From Camelus dromedarius (lineage: Eukaryota): a DNA stretch of 64,000 nt. Location of the stretch: contig NC_087447.1 in assembly GCF_036321535.1 (NCBI RefSeq), forward strand, positions 11,842,001-11,906,000, read 5' to 3'. Position numbers and translations under genes: made by a program. Numbering within the stretch: the first letter of the stretch is position 1; each line of letters begins with the position of its first letter. The notes under the pieces are model-generated. The model was not told the origin of the DNA and ran no database searches. It saw only the letters and a program-made list of their open reading frames with translations. Positions 42,201 through 55,590 of this stretch are shown in pieces.

Positions 42201-45200
42201 CTTCCCAGTAAATGGGTCTAGTTTCCCACAGAAATGCTCATTTTAGATCAAGGTACGAGACTCAGCGTCTCTCCTACCATAACCCCTTGCACTAAAGTCT
42301 ATGTTCTTCAGACGCACTTTTACCCTGTGGGTCTTTCCACATGTTTTGGACTCTGTCTTTACCCCCTTTTTAACCAGGCACAGGAGCTAGGGACGAAGCA
42401 TGTAACTGATACCAGCTACATTCCCTTCTCTGGAACAGCCTGAGGCTTCTGGATCCCAGCCATGCCCCACTGACCTGCACACTGGCCCAAAGCATGGGAC
42501 ACCACCTGCCTCTCTGGCTCCTCTTCCCTCTTCCCAGCTGGCTCTGAACTACTCTCAACTGCCTACAGTTTCTTCTCTGCATCAAATATTCCTGACATTT
42601 TTAATTCAACTAGAGGCTAGTTCTCAAGGTAATGAAAAGGAAACTATACACAGTTAAGGAAGGATACCAAGACACAGGACCAGACCCCTCGAGGTCAATA
42701 AATGAAGCAGGAGAGTGGAGGAGAAGAAAGGAGAAGATATTAGACCAGAGCAGCCCTAAATTCTGTAGGAAAAAGAAACCAGCCAAACATACCCAATATT
42801 CCACAGGGCCCAAATCAAGAGATATACTTCAGGTAACTTTTCTTTGACAAAAAGAGTGGCCTAGCCCACAATTAAGCTTAGTTGCTTTCAGGATGCGAGT
42901 CTAAATAGGAATGCAGAGAATCCTTTCTCTGATGATTTCCTGGGAGCTGGAAGTTTCAGAAGAGCATCTGATACGCTGCTTTGCTTGGTCAGTAGTCTCA
43001 AACCCCTCTCTCCTATCTCACTCAGGAAGAACTTCCCATTACAAGACAGTGGCTAAATACCCTAATCTGCTTTGTGGCTGAGAACTTAATCTCCAGAATT
43101 AGGCCAGCATCTATCCTTGTCCCCTTTATCTAGACCAACTGGAAGGAAAGGAAGAGTTCAGTGAAGGAAAAGAAGAAGGGGCCAGGAGAACAAGACAGCC
43201 AATGAGTCTGGAGAATTCATCCACAGCAATCCTGGATTCTGCTGAGAGGTGATATGCCTCTATCAAGATAAAAAGCACTGCCCTGTACAGTGATTCAGGA
43301 CAATTCGAAAGAACTGAGCTCCTTAATGAGAGATAAGTAAACAAATGGTAAGAGGCAAAACTGACTGTCACAAAGCATCTCACAAATCTTTACCACCACC
43401 ATTTATTTCAAATTCCATTTAGCCATTCATTAAGGAAAAAAAAACTTAAGTAAATATTTATAATGCACCAGGCTTTTTAGATAGTAAATATCAATTAACT
43501 CTTTGCTTCTCTTGATGGGTCAGTACATAATTGAGGGACAAAATAATGAAGCTAAAATGAAGGCAATGATTTCAAGGAGAAAACAGACCTTCAGTCACGG
43601 CTCCAGTTTTATTCTATTAAAATCTCCTACAGAAGCCGCTGCCTCTGCGGGGGTTCTTTGATGCAGAAAAGCAGTCCCCATACTTCAGCAGGGTTTGGGG
43701 TGGAATACAGCAAGAAGGTAGTCTTTACACAGCCCCACATAAAGCCTGACCTCCTAGGCTCCTTAGGAGGGAGGGAGGGAGGGAGAGAAACTGAAAACCA
43801 GTCATCCAGGTCAGAACCCCTCCCTAGTACTTAGCTGTCACTTCAATTTCCGCCCAGGGAAGAGGAGAAAGGGTGAGTCACTCACTTGACTCCTACGGCC
43901 TGGGAAGATAATTAGAAGGGAAAAAGAAATTAAATCCTTAGAACACTGAGGTGTCCATGATTTAGAAATCTCACTCCTAGAACTGGCTACTGTGGCCTCT
44001 TGAGCTTCTGAAAACTAAGGGTACGTCCATCTCCGAGGGAAACTAAGGTGAATGAGAATGACACATCAGCCCCCTCGCAGGCCCGGATGTCAATCTTTCT
44101 GACCCCATTCTTCCTTCAGTCTCTGCGTTTCCAAACAAAGCAAGTCACTCCATTTCTTGGATATCCTGCCAACCACCTGTCCCTGGATAACCAACTTTAC
44201 CTCTACAGCCTTCTCGGTATCAACCTATCCCAGCTGAAGTGTGTAACTCCAGAATCAAGTTCCAATATCTGCTGCCAAAATAAAGCCTACCCCCACAGTG
44301 GCAGTATCAAGAAATGATGCAAATAACTCAAGTTCACAGGCAGCAGCTGCTCCTAGATTCAAACTGAAGACCACGGCTTCCAACCTTAGCACTCTAGCAG
44401 AGGGAACGCCCCACCAAGGAGAGGCCTGTGTGAGCAGAGTCTGCTTCTGCCATATCCCCCATTCCACGCACTCCAGGAGAGGCTTGCTGATGCTACAGCA
44501 CTTTGCCAGATTTCTAGATGACCACCCCAAGTGGCCTGTCTGAATCTGTTGCCTCTGATGTTAGGAGATGAGGCCTGAGCTGAGGAGGAGTTGTTGGGGC
44601 TCGTCCTCAGCCTATGGCAGTAATGACAGCGCTCCAAAGCACAGGGAGTGGCCGCAGCCCAGAAGGCTGGCTGACTCACTGATGAGACTCCCAGCCCTGC
44701 ACCATCCCCGGGAGAACAGGTTCTTCTGCCCACCCATTTAGCACTCCTGTTTTCAAGGCCAAATAAAATTGGGAGACTGGGTTTCAATACCCACACTCCT
44801 GAAAATCTTGTTTCCTAACCCTAACTCTGTAATTAAAAAATGGCTGAGTTCCTGGTCAGAAAAACAAAGTAGGAGTCAAGAACCTCCGGATTTTAATCCT
44901 GTCTTGATCAGCGCTTTGCTATGTAGCCTTAGGTAATCCACAGGAAACGCTCCAAGCTTGTTACTTCAGCTACATAACATGAGAATGAAGGTATGAGAAT
45001 GAAGGAGACGATGTTTGAAAAGAGCCTGGAATTCTTTTTAAACCAGCTGGCTTAATACTGAGCATTCGAGGGATACACAACAAAACCATTATTAACTGTC
45101 TTCACATTATCATCAATTATCATTCCAGCTCCACCTTCATCCCTAACTCTACTTCCTCTACCTCAAGTACTAGATTCAAGAACATTTAAAACAGAGGCGC

Positions 45201-48200
45201 TCTTAAAGAATAGGTCTATGCATTCCTCCCAGGCCGAGCACATACTCTGAGTGTATGACTAGTGCTCCTTGTTGATGAGGTAAGGCTGCAATGAATATCC
45301 CACTTCGTGCCCCTGGGGAGCCTCAAGATTCCATGGGAAAACAATCTCTCCCCTTCCTGGTGGGTAAGTTTCTCGTAAAACACTTGATTTGTCGTGTCTT
45401 ACCTAGACTTTCAAGCAGCTGAGTGCAAGATGTAGGACTTGGGCACTTATTTCTGGATGAGAAAACAACGTGGGAAGGGAAGGAACAACCACTGCTCAAT
45501 TAGTGCCTCAAATCACGAGGCTGCTCCCACTCAAATCAGGTGCTAGCACCTCTGCAGTCACGAAAAAAAAAAAAAAAAAGGACCCGAGGGAGAGTCACTG
45601 AGGTTGCCCAACTCTGTGGATACAAGGGTTGGGAGGGGCTAGGGGCAGAAACTGAAAAGGAGAAAGCTCTCTCATGGATGGGACACTGGAAAGACCATCA
45701 CAGATTTTCTGGACAACCCTGACTTTCATTCTTCCCGCAGAGGACTTTACCCCTATGCCCTCCCCACCAACTGTAGAAACAGACAAAATAAGACACTAGC
45801 TCACTTAACTCACTGCTCAAGGAGACTTTAGGGGGTACAATTCAGTGATTTATTTCTAATGGTATTGCCAGCAGCCCTAAGAAGGTCTCAAGGGTCCCCA
45901 GGAAGGCAAAAATGGAGACACCCAGTGAGTGGCTGGGCCTCCTTGCACCAGCCTCGCTTCCAGAGCAGCCCTACTCTTATTATTTAAATAATGGGGTCTC
46001 ACGTAAGATCTCACTTGAAAAAAATGGTCACATTGCTTAAACTGCTCTAGGTTAACTTCCTCATTATACAGAGAAGAAAGGGGTCCACAAAGGTCAAGAG
46101 ACTGTACCACAATGTCTCCTGGCCTCCAAACAGTGCTTATTGCTCTCACAGGGCACTGCCCCCTTGCCAATCACAAAAGGACACTAAACTAGGCCAGATG
46201 AGGATCCAGGCTTGTTATCTTAAAAGCAGTGTCCAGCACCTAACTGGAACAGCAAGGGTTACTTTAGCTCTCCTTCCCAAATGGTGAAAAGGGAGAAGAC
46301 TTAAAACAGGCTCCCCAATAACTCTCCTGCTCAGTTTTAGTACTGGACAAATTCTATGAATGAGAGGGATTGAGGGGGAGACCTCAACTTCTCTGCGGCA
46401 GAAGATCACCTTATTTTGATGACCAAACCCAACTGATAATTTCTGCTCATAGCTCTCCCTACGTGACAAAGAAACACGGAGGGTAAGTTGTTCCTAACTA
46501 GCTGAAGCCTACGTGCCTCCACTAACTATGTCCGCCAATTGAAAGGGCTCTTCCTCCTACTCCCAGTCCTCTAGGGCCCAAAGTAATTCTCACCTGGGGC
46601 TCATACTGATGTTAAGAACAGACAGCTGTAGCCTAGAACAGGAGGATGACGCAGTAGCTACAGATTTAAGGCCCCAAAAAGGACCTGGTTCCAAAAGAGC
46701 CTTCCTCTTGTCTCTATTCAAAACCATGCATTCTTTTGTAGGTTGTCTATGGTTCTAAACAGGGGGTTCTTCAAAGAACTGAACCTCAAAAGGGCTAGAA
46801 TCCACCGGGGAACAGCTATGGAGAACAGTGTACCTCAGCCCAGGTATATGCTGGCAGAGGAACCACTAAGGTCATGTGTAGACGAAGAGGTGAGAATTTC
46901 CAAGGGACCAAGAGCTAAGTGAGTGAGATAAACGGGGTGTTTATGTCTCCACGAGGCGGGCAGGGGAGCCTAGGGAGGAAAGACAGCCCAGAAACCTGTC
47001 CTGAGGAAACTGCTAGGGGCACTCTAGCTAAGACTTAGGGCTCGTCTCCCTCTGGATTAGAGGCAGTAACTCCAGGGTCAGTACTGCCCTCCAACATTCT
47101 TTTTCCTGGGGCTGAGACACCATGGAATAAGGAGGGCCCCCTACTTTTCTGGCACCAGGCAACGGGAAAGTAGGTTAAATAGCTTCAACTATCAGTTGAG
47201 AAAATGCCTATGTCAGGACAACTCTTTGTGGCAAAACTGGTGTAACCAGCCAAGCACTCCAGTGGTTCCAGATTAGCAAAGTAAGAACAAGGACTCTGCT
47301 TGCCCAGACTCAAGATTAGATGGGTTGAAAGAGACCTCTTAGGCAGTCCCTAAAATCTCCTAACTTCCCAAAAGCTTTGCCTCTAAAAGGAAAAGAGACT
47401 CTCCCCAGTTAAGCAGGTCTAAGGGTGTCAAACTGGTCTTGTACATGTCCCTCCTGACAGCACCACAACTGCTACAAAGATGCTGAGATCCCACATAAAT
47501 GTCCCTTGGTTAAAATGTTAATTCTATTTAGTGGTCATAATAGCAGAAACCAAAACAAGACTGACACTGAAGACTCACTCCTTACTGGTAGTCAGTGTGT
47601 TAAGGACAGAACACTGAACATGCTGAGCATAAGCAACAGAAAAAGACTGTGAAGAAAAGAGAAGTCAGAGAAGAGTAGGGCCGCTTCTGATCCCTGAAGG
47701 ATTCAGCAGGTGCGCTCAGGCTGCAGGGCTGGGGGCCAGAGAATCTATGCCTTCTGCTCTTCAGAGGAAGAGGTGAAAGGAGTATCTGCTCGTATCTTAT
47801 TCAGCAGATTCATTCTTTCCTTGTTTAAAAACTAACTAGAAAAATATCATAACTTTGCTAACTCTTTGGGCCAACGCCCCACTTTTTTTTAGAATTCCTT
47901 TGGCATCAGAAACTCAATTGGGGGGGTCTTTCTTCCTTTCTATCTCAGATTTAATTTCTGTCCTATCTTCTCCCCATAATAGTTATTGGCCCTACTCCAG
48001 CAATTCCTGCTTCATTCATCCTTCAATGAATTCGAGTTGCTTTTATTCCCTGGCACTTCAGTTCATTTTCTTCCTCTTGCCAGCAACCTTACATCTCTTG
48101 AAACAGCACCTCACAATTAGGTTTGAGCCTGAATGACAGCAAAGTAAACTCCCCAGTAAACCTAGCACGCTCTGATTGTCCCAGGAGCTACAACTAGAAC

Positions 48201-49197
48201 ACTGACTCAGTGACTCAACAGTTTAAGGCTCAGAAGCCTAGCACGTGTTAATTTATTAGCAGGTAACAGCAAAGATGCTTGCCAGGTAGTTGGCAGCTAA
48301 AATACTGGAGGAAAGGAGGATAAATCACTCAGGGCTCCTCCAGCAACAAGCAGATGAACAAAGGCTGAAGATCCTAAGCGGGAAATCTTTCAACACCAAC
48401 TGCTTTTCCTAATAGGACCAAGGAATGGGAGAAATTACTGCCACTCCCTTCAGCAGGAACTAACATAAAGGAAGGTTTCTAGGACTCTTCTTCCTAAATA
48501 AAACTTGCCCTTTCTCAGTGGCCTTCACATCTCTGGGCTTTGGCTCTTAGCGTACAGAGAAAACCATCCAAGTAACTAAAAGCCAAAACTATCTCCTTGG
48601 TGTAACTTCTGAATCAATTCTGAAATTCTCCAGTCCTCTCAGTTTCCACGATCTCAAACCTGAGCTTCAGATATCCTGGGGGAAAACCCACTACTATTTG
48701 AAAAAACCTTCCATCTAGTCTAGTTCTCTCACAGAACTGAATGCTTAAGCTGCTTCAAACCTCTCTGGTGATTCCCTCCCACTTCCTTCCTAGTTCAGAA
48801 CCATCTAATAATGAAGCTGGGTAGGAAAATATGAAGACATCTGTGACTCCAAAGGAAGAGAGGCAGGGGAAGGTAGAGGATTCAGCAGAGCAAAATTCAA
48901 AACAACGCCAAAGGGTAGGCCTGTTCTTGTTCTTCCTACCGTGTCTCTGGGATCTGGATTAACCTGTATCAGACCTCAAACTCTCCCAGTCACTTGGCTT
49001 GGCAAATAGGTAGCCAACCTCAAGAGGAAAAATCCCCCCTCACCTCCCATGGAGCCCACCCTCCCCCTACACCACAGCTGGGGAAGGACTCACGTAAAGG
49101 CAAAGAAGAGGGTCGTAGCTCCCACTAAGAAGATGGCGGCTGCTGNNNNNNNNNNNNNNNNNNNNNNNNNNNNNNNNNNNNNNNNNNNNNNNNNNNN
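33273..49197 (-). CDS. ZDHHC5: Palmitoyltransferase ZDHHC5, 715 aa
   Basis: Coding exons: (49197)-49094, 42063-41942, 38977-38820, 38037-37865 ([12 protein letters not shown]), 37710-37608, 36971-36880, 36454-36322, 35859-35736, 35337-35225, 34749-33890 and 33438-(33273). All visible junctions are GT-AG and phase-consistent. The start and stop fall inside N-runs and are inferred from human exon lengths, giving 2148 nt. Confidence 0.93.
40300..41760. mobile_element. L2 LINE remnant(s) in a ZDHHC5 intron (approximate bounds)
   Basis: Pyrimidine-rich degenerate L2 phrases, e.g. ctcaaattcaacatttctaag...ccatcttccctccaaacctgctc. Confidence 0.5.
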
Positions 49198-50282
49198 NNN
49201 NNNNNNNNNNNNNNNNNNNNNNNNNNNNNNNNNNNNNNNNNNNNNNNNNNNNNNNNNNNNNNNNNNNNNNNNNNNNNNNNNNNNNACAGAGAGAAGAGTC
49301 CGGAAGGAAACCAGGGAAACAGAAAATTCAGAATTATCACCCTTCCCCCTCCCAAAGAAAACCAAAGGTCAAAAGATCTCAAATGCAGGAAAGCATATGG
49401 GAGGGGGAAAGGTGATTCCAAACGATGAATAACCACCTCCCCAGAGCAAGGCAGAAGGAGAGATTAAGAAACACAACTTGTACAGCTTAAAAACTGGAGA
49501 CGCACTGTAGGCTGCACACATGCAAATGGCTGCAGGTAGAGAACACGGGCAGTCAGACAGATCAAGGAACAGTTCATGGACGGAGGCGAGTCTTCAAAAG
49601 GAAAAGGGGGGCTATCAGGCTAGGACAGAACAGTTCAAGCAAGGAAAAATTCTCCGGAGGAGATACTGTAGTACCCCCACGACTACCACACGTCCACAGA
49701 ATGTGAGTGGCACCTCAAAGACGTGTGCCCTGTGCTTCTATTTCAGTCCAAGCAGGAACCAGGGGCCCCTTCCAGCTTTAAAGAGAAGCTGTTTTTACTG
49801 CAGTGCTTGTCCCTTTTAGGCAGTTTTCTCAGTGCCACCACTCCCGCACCTTGACTTCAGGGCTTGCAGTCTGGCAATGGTGGTTTAATTTTATTTACTT
49901 TCTCTTGATGGCTAAAGCTGGGCAGCAGCTGTTACAAGGTTGAGTTGTAAATCCCTTTCTTCAAAGAGGGAGGGAAAACAGAGAGAGAGAGAAAGCGCAA
50001 GCTTGTCTGTCTTCAATCTCTTGTTATTCCCCAACTGTTTACGAGCTCCGTTTCCTATAGTTTGTACAAAACTAAAGGGAAACATAAAATCCCTGAAGCC
50101 ATGCTCTTCCCAACAAGCAGAATAAGATGAAGAAGTCAATTCCACTCGATGATACTTTTAAAAGGTTACTGTAGATGGAAGCAAAGTTTCAAAGAGGTCC
50201 CTGTTTCCAGGTTAGTCAACGTTTCTAATCTTCAATCTTGGGCTTTCTGGATGCAGAGTTCAACCGGGTTACAGTGCCTCAC
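49198..50282 (-). other. ZDHHC5: Long 5' UTR portion (about 1085 nt) of ZDHHC5 exon 2
   Basis: Acceptor tttgtttttctccag|GTGAGGCAC at 50282, and the visible sequence continues toward the coding exon end at 49094. The size agrees with my recollection of the human exon (about c.-1070). Confidence 0.75.
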
Positions 50283-52879
50283 CTGGAGAAAAACAAATAT
50301 ACTCATCAGAGAAATTCTTTCGGAGTATTTCTTAAGAACATCAAGGCAAAAACCCCGCAAGCTACTGTTAAAAAAGTGCCTTTTGAAAGAAAGATGATTT
50401 TCCACCTCACTCTGTGTATGTGGCAGAGGACTCTGAACTGGGAGGACAATGGGTTCAGAATTCTTCACTCTTCTAAAGCATGTTCATATTGAAAAAAGAA
50501 AAACATGGCTTCACCTGGCTAAGGTCATCAAAGAACTAGCTCTTGTAAGGGGCCCATCTCCCCTGACACAGATGGGCGGTAACAAATATCAGGAATATCA
50601 AAATCTAAAAACAAACAAGGGCACAACAGTGAAGGGCAGTCCTAGAAAAGAGATTTCTCTCTGAACAAAGAGAATATTTATTGCTACAAAGAAGAAAGAA
50701 AAAAGTAGGACAAAATTAGGACAGTAAGTCTCATTTCCTTTCTGTGTATGCCTCTCTCATCCCTCTACGCTTTTTAGTTATAACCTTAAAAAGGCAAAAG
50801 CTGAATTTTTGGTCTTCTGGAACAACTCATGAAAGGATCTGGATGAGAAATGTTCTTGCACTGAAAGCCGAGATGCCCTCTATGAGAAACTGAGTCAACT
50901 GGTCCTTTTCTTCCCAATTCAACAGTTTTTAACTCCTACATTGGCCTATTAGGATGTTGACTGAGCCCCACCTTCCCCAATATGATTAAGAATAACAATT
51001 ATTTCTGTTGATGGTAGTGGCAAAATAACACTAGCACTTGGGATTTTACAGGATGCTTTTCATCCAGTGATCTCAAAGCACTTAACTCATACTGTCTGGT
51101 GACATAGTTCCTTATCCCACTCTGTAAAATTGAAGGCTACAGAATGCCTGAGGCCACTCCACTTAATAACTTGAACAGTCAGGTTCAGAACCCAAGAGTT
51201 CACAGTCCCCTTTGCCAACACAAAGCCTTTCTACCTCTTTCTCATCCACTACACTACCAGCCCAGGGATGACAACTTGAATCTGCAGACCAAAAATTTTA
51301 CTTGTTTTTTTTTTCCAGCCCAAGTGCAAGTGGTACAGTATTTCCCTTAATACCAAAGGCAGAAATTAAAACATCAGAAGATTTGAATAGTGAAAGATGA
51401 ATGTACCCTGGAATTTATGACTTCCTCTCTCTTTTGTGGCATGGAAGGCAAAGGCGCCTTCCTTCAAGATGCATCATCTTTCTCTCTCTCTCTCAAAAAT
51501 GGGGTTTTAGAGGGCCAAAAAATATTATTAGAATAGAATGATTCCTACAGGAATCAAAGCCCAACTGAATTTAGGCCTAAGTAAGTTTGTTAACAATGAG
51601 AAGTAAATTCCTGGTTTGCAGACAGTACTATTAAAGTAAACTTTCCCCTCAAAACCCCCAAGATCAGAGAAGATGGAAAACTGCACTGCTTATATTTTAT
51701 CTAGAGTAATATATCATTCAGACACCACATATTATTTCAGATTATATTTTATGACAGGAAAAAAAGTCACTTTGGCTAATACTGCCAGAGCAATTCAGAG
51801 TCATAAGAGACCATGCAATTTGGGGAGTACCATACTGGGGAACAAGAGATCAGCATCTGAGATGTTTAGGGGATCTACAATAAAAGGGACAAAACAATAC
51901 CTAAGAACTTACTGGGTATAGTAAAGATGCATCAAGTCTTAGCAGAAGGCTGTACTGTGGGTAGTAGGGATGAGGGGAAGTGGGGCTCATCAGAGCCAGC
52001 TGTCTGGATCCACACCAGTATAGGAGAGAGGTGTACAAGAATGTGTATGACACATTCAGGCACAGAGTAACTTACGGAATGGAATAATGTATACATAAGA
52101 CAAACTAAAGACTATGTGGTTTGAAGGCTTTAATAAAGGTTTAATACAAGTGCCTCCTTACAGGGGTGAATAAATGTGGCAGCACAGCTGATAGCACGAC
52201 TGTTGAAGCAAGCGGTAAAATAGTATAATACAGTAAACCTGAATATAAAGTCAAGGTATCAAGGAATAATCCACATGTCAAGATACTGGCTGAAGAGTCA
52301 AACAAATTTAATGTGGATGTTATGATTATATACCAAGGCAGCAAAGTACAAGGCAATATAAATCTCGTAAGTATTAGGTACGGATGATAATGAACATTCT
52401 GAAGAGACTTAATACAGTACAAAAGGATACTGGGATAAAAGGATAGGGATGCAAATGTAAAGTCAACCTAAACAAGATGGAATTAACCAGGAAGTGAAAA
52501 ATCCAAGGCAGAAAAATGGTCCAGAGTATAACATATCTAATCCTACAGCTTCTTCCATAATAACTAAGTCACTTTCTTACTTCTCATTTCAGTGTTTTCA
52601 TTCGGCCAAGTGGGTAAAACATTTGCTGCCTCCCTGTCCCAACAGACATTCCTATAGGTAAAATAGTGGCAAACACATTCGAGTTCCACTTGTAAAAAGT
52701 ACAAAGTACTAAGAGCCTGGAGCACCGGGCTGGTGGGGGTAGGGGAGGAAGCGGACGGATGCGAGGGAACAGGTAACAGGATGAGGCTTGAGCCAAAATA
52801 AGTATCAGCAGAGTGGGGCGACGGACCTGAAACGTAGGGAGAGAACAGCACCCAGTACCCACCCAGGAGCTGGGGCACT

Positions 52880-54460
52880 GAGAAGCACCGTATGGGGCAG
52901 GGCTGGCCGAGACACAGAAGACGGGTTCCGCGGCGGCAGGGCCCACTAGGGCTGCGGGAGCGGGGTGCGGGAGGTGGCAGAGCCCCCGGGCGCAGGGCCG
53001 GGGGCGGAAGGGGCGGCGGCTGGGCGCCTGGCGCGGAAGGACCGGGGTCCCGAGCTAGGACCCGGAGGCCCGGCACTAACCTGTTCTGAGCCCCGGCAGC
53101 CCCTGGATCCCCGGCCTCCACCCGTCGTCCGTTTCCAGGGCCCACGGGTCCCACCGCAGTTGGATGACCCGGCCTGGAGGAGGAATGGGGCCTCAAACCG
53201 CCTCCCCCTCCTGGGTCCCCCTTCCCTAGAGGTCACTCTCCCCTCCCACCTCCCTGGCCCAGCACTTCCGGTTCCGCAGGGGCCCGTGTCCCCGGTACTC
53301 ACCCCCGGCGCAGCTCCCGTCACAGCCGCCGTCGTTGTCGCCGCCGCCTCCCGGCAGTGCCGTCCGGCCTCTGAGAGGCAGCGCGCGGCCCCCGCACGCT
53401 CCACGCCCGCCCCGCTCTGCGCGCTCCCGCCCTGCGACGCTCGTCTTCGAGCCGGCGCGCGGCCGTCGCCCTCAGAGCCGGGTCTCGAGCCCTCGCAGCG
53501 TTCCCATTGGTTCCCTGTCCCGGGCGCGCGCGACGTCTCGCGCGGGGCACGTTTCTCTCATTCATGCGGCTCGCGTCGCCGCGCCCGCCCCCGCTCACTC
53601 TCCCATTCACCCGTAGCCCCCACCCCCACTCCGCTCTAGGGCGTGCGCGCGAACCCCGGCGACCGCGGCGACCTCGCCGCCTGATTGGCCGCAGGAGCAC
53701 AGCGCCGTACCACGCGAGAAGACGAGAACGCGCGCGCAGGGCCGTCGGGCACCGTTGACGACTGGGCGAGGAGGGTGGGCGTACTGCGCAGGAGTCGGAA
53801 ATGGGGAAATGGCCGGGCGAGTCTTGCCTGTTCCTGCGTCCTGCTTTCTACCTTAAGTGTGTCGAAGCAGAAATCCTCAGAAGTAAAAAATAATTGTATG
53901 TGTTGACTTAAAGTACTCAAAAACGAGTAGTTACCCTCCCGAATCCGCCAAACCCCCTCCAAATAAGTATGGTACAGTCCAGACAGGCTTCTGGTGTAAC
54001 CAATCACCCATAGGCCCCGCAGTCTTCCTGCTTCAGCCGCTTCATGCATTGGCCAACCGTTTGGCCACTAAATAGTCCTCCCCTACCCACCCCTCCCCCC
54101 CTTTTTTTTGGTGGCGAAAACTTTATTTAAAACAATCTTGTTGGAGCAGTCCTCGGTCTGACAAGTTCCCCAGGACCAGCAGAATGCCAGGGTAATGGGA
54201 CGGTCTAGGCCGCGGCTTGCGCGCACTGTGGGGCGGCCGGGACTGGAAGTCTTTGCGGGGCGAAGCTCCTGCCAAAGGCCGGGAGGAAGAGGAAAGGGAG
54301 CGGGCGCGAGCCTTGGAGCCGTAGTGCCGACCGTGGAAAGAGGCGCAGGGAGTGCGCGCTGAGGTGGTGGCAGTCCCCCAGCGTGGGAGCCGGCCCTTGG
54401 CCCCGCTTAGTTCCCTAGTGTTTCAGTGCAACAACCAGGGCTGGGCGTCCACATGCCTAA
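52880..54460. promoter_or_regulatory. ZDHHC5: ZDHHC5 CpG-island promoter with non-coding exon 1 (donor after 53303)
   Basis: Very CpG-rich. Minus-strand donor GCCGGGG|GTGAGT at 53302. CCAAT/ATTGG boxes at about 53505, 53685, 54000 and 54049. Confidence 0.8.
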
Positions 54461-55466
54461 CCTCGCCCAATCCGGGAATACAGGCAGGAAGGAAAAGGTT
54501 GTCTAGAAGCTCCTGTTCCTGGTGAGCTGCTGGCCAACTCTAGATCACAGCGCCACATTTTGCCCTAATTAGCCCTACATGGCTGTGAACCCAAGAGCGA
54601 GGCCCGGTGTTCTCTCATTTAGCTCAAGGCCATTTCTCTTTTGAAAGCAGCTCTGGCTATTATGTAACAGTCTTTAAGAAAACTGTTCCACCAAACACTT
54701 CCCTGAAGCCAAGGTTCCTCACCTGTAAAGTGCACTTCTAAATCCTGTGGCCCGTCCTCCGGTTTGGTGTCAAATGTTGCTGGTCTAATAGTGCTCTGAT
54801 AACGTTAGTACTAGGCACCAAAATAAAGGAGAAGGTCTACCTTCTGTCTCCTGAGGTCTAGTCTAGTTCCTCCTCTGACATGGCATATATAAGGTTCTAG
54901 CTCATTCTTGCTAAGGGCTTCAGTATACCATTTATTGCAGCACACTGGAGAGTTCTCTTTTAATGACAGTGTATATTAAAAAAATGAAAAATTTTAAAAC
55001 TTTAGACCTTATAAAAAGTAAGGTATTACTGGAGATACAATATTTGTTGTACTTGTAGAGGCTTTTCATCTGTATATCAGGTTAATTTGTTTCCTTAGGA
55101 AGAAATCAAATTTCATTTTTCTATTGTATATTTTGCTTGGATTTTAAGACTTCATTTCTCCAACTTTACAAATTAGGCTTCTTTCTTTTTCCATTTTCAA
55201 CAGTCTAAGAACCTATAAATTGTTTTGTCTCTTGGCTAGACAGTGTTAAATGGGAATGAGAATTCAACCTTCCACCAACCAACCACATACTAAACTTCCC
55301 TGGGACACTGGATTACTAGAAGCCAGGCTCTTAGCTGGATGAGCACTAACGGTGGCATAATCACTATTCCAAGGTTTAGAGAGAGATTCCATTTTCTTGT
55401 CCAGTTTACCTTGGGATCAGGCAAAATATTTCCCAGGAAGGCCGTTTAATAAAACATGAGGTTTGC

Positions 55467-55590
55467 GGGGGAGGGTATAGCTCAGTGGTAGAGCGTGTGT
55501 TTAGCATGCACAAGGTCCTGGGTTCAATTCCCAGTAAAATCATATAGGTAAATACCTAATTACCTCCCCAAAAATAATTAAATAAAATTT
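55467..55590 (+). mobile_element. Camelid tRNA-derived SINE (vic-1-like)
   Basis: GGGGAGGGTATAGCTCAGTGGTAGAGCG...GGTCCTGGGTTCAATTCCCAG has A and B boxes, followed by an A-rich tail. Imperfect TSD aaaacatgaggt / aaaacataaggt. Confidence 0.85.

Noticed and set aside
52564-53700. Several 120-224 aa ORFs on both strands in the ZDHHC5 CpG island
   Set aside because: Low-complexity GC artefacts, several with non-ATG starts, overlapping promoter and UTR.
55467-55535. Functional tRNA-Ala gene
   Set aside because: The acceptor-stem 3' side is missing; it has an A-rich tail, a TSD and a second degenerate copy, so it is a SINE.
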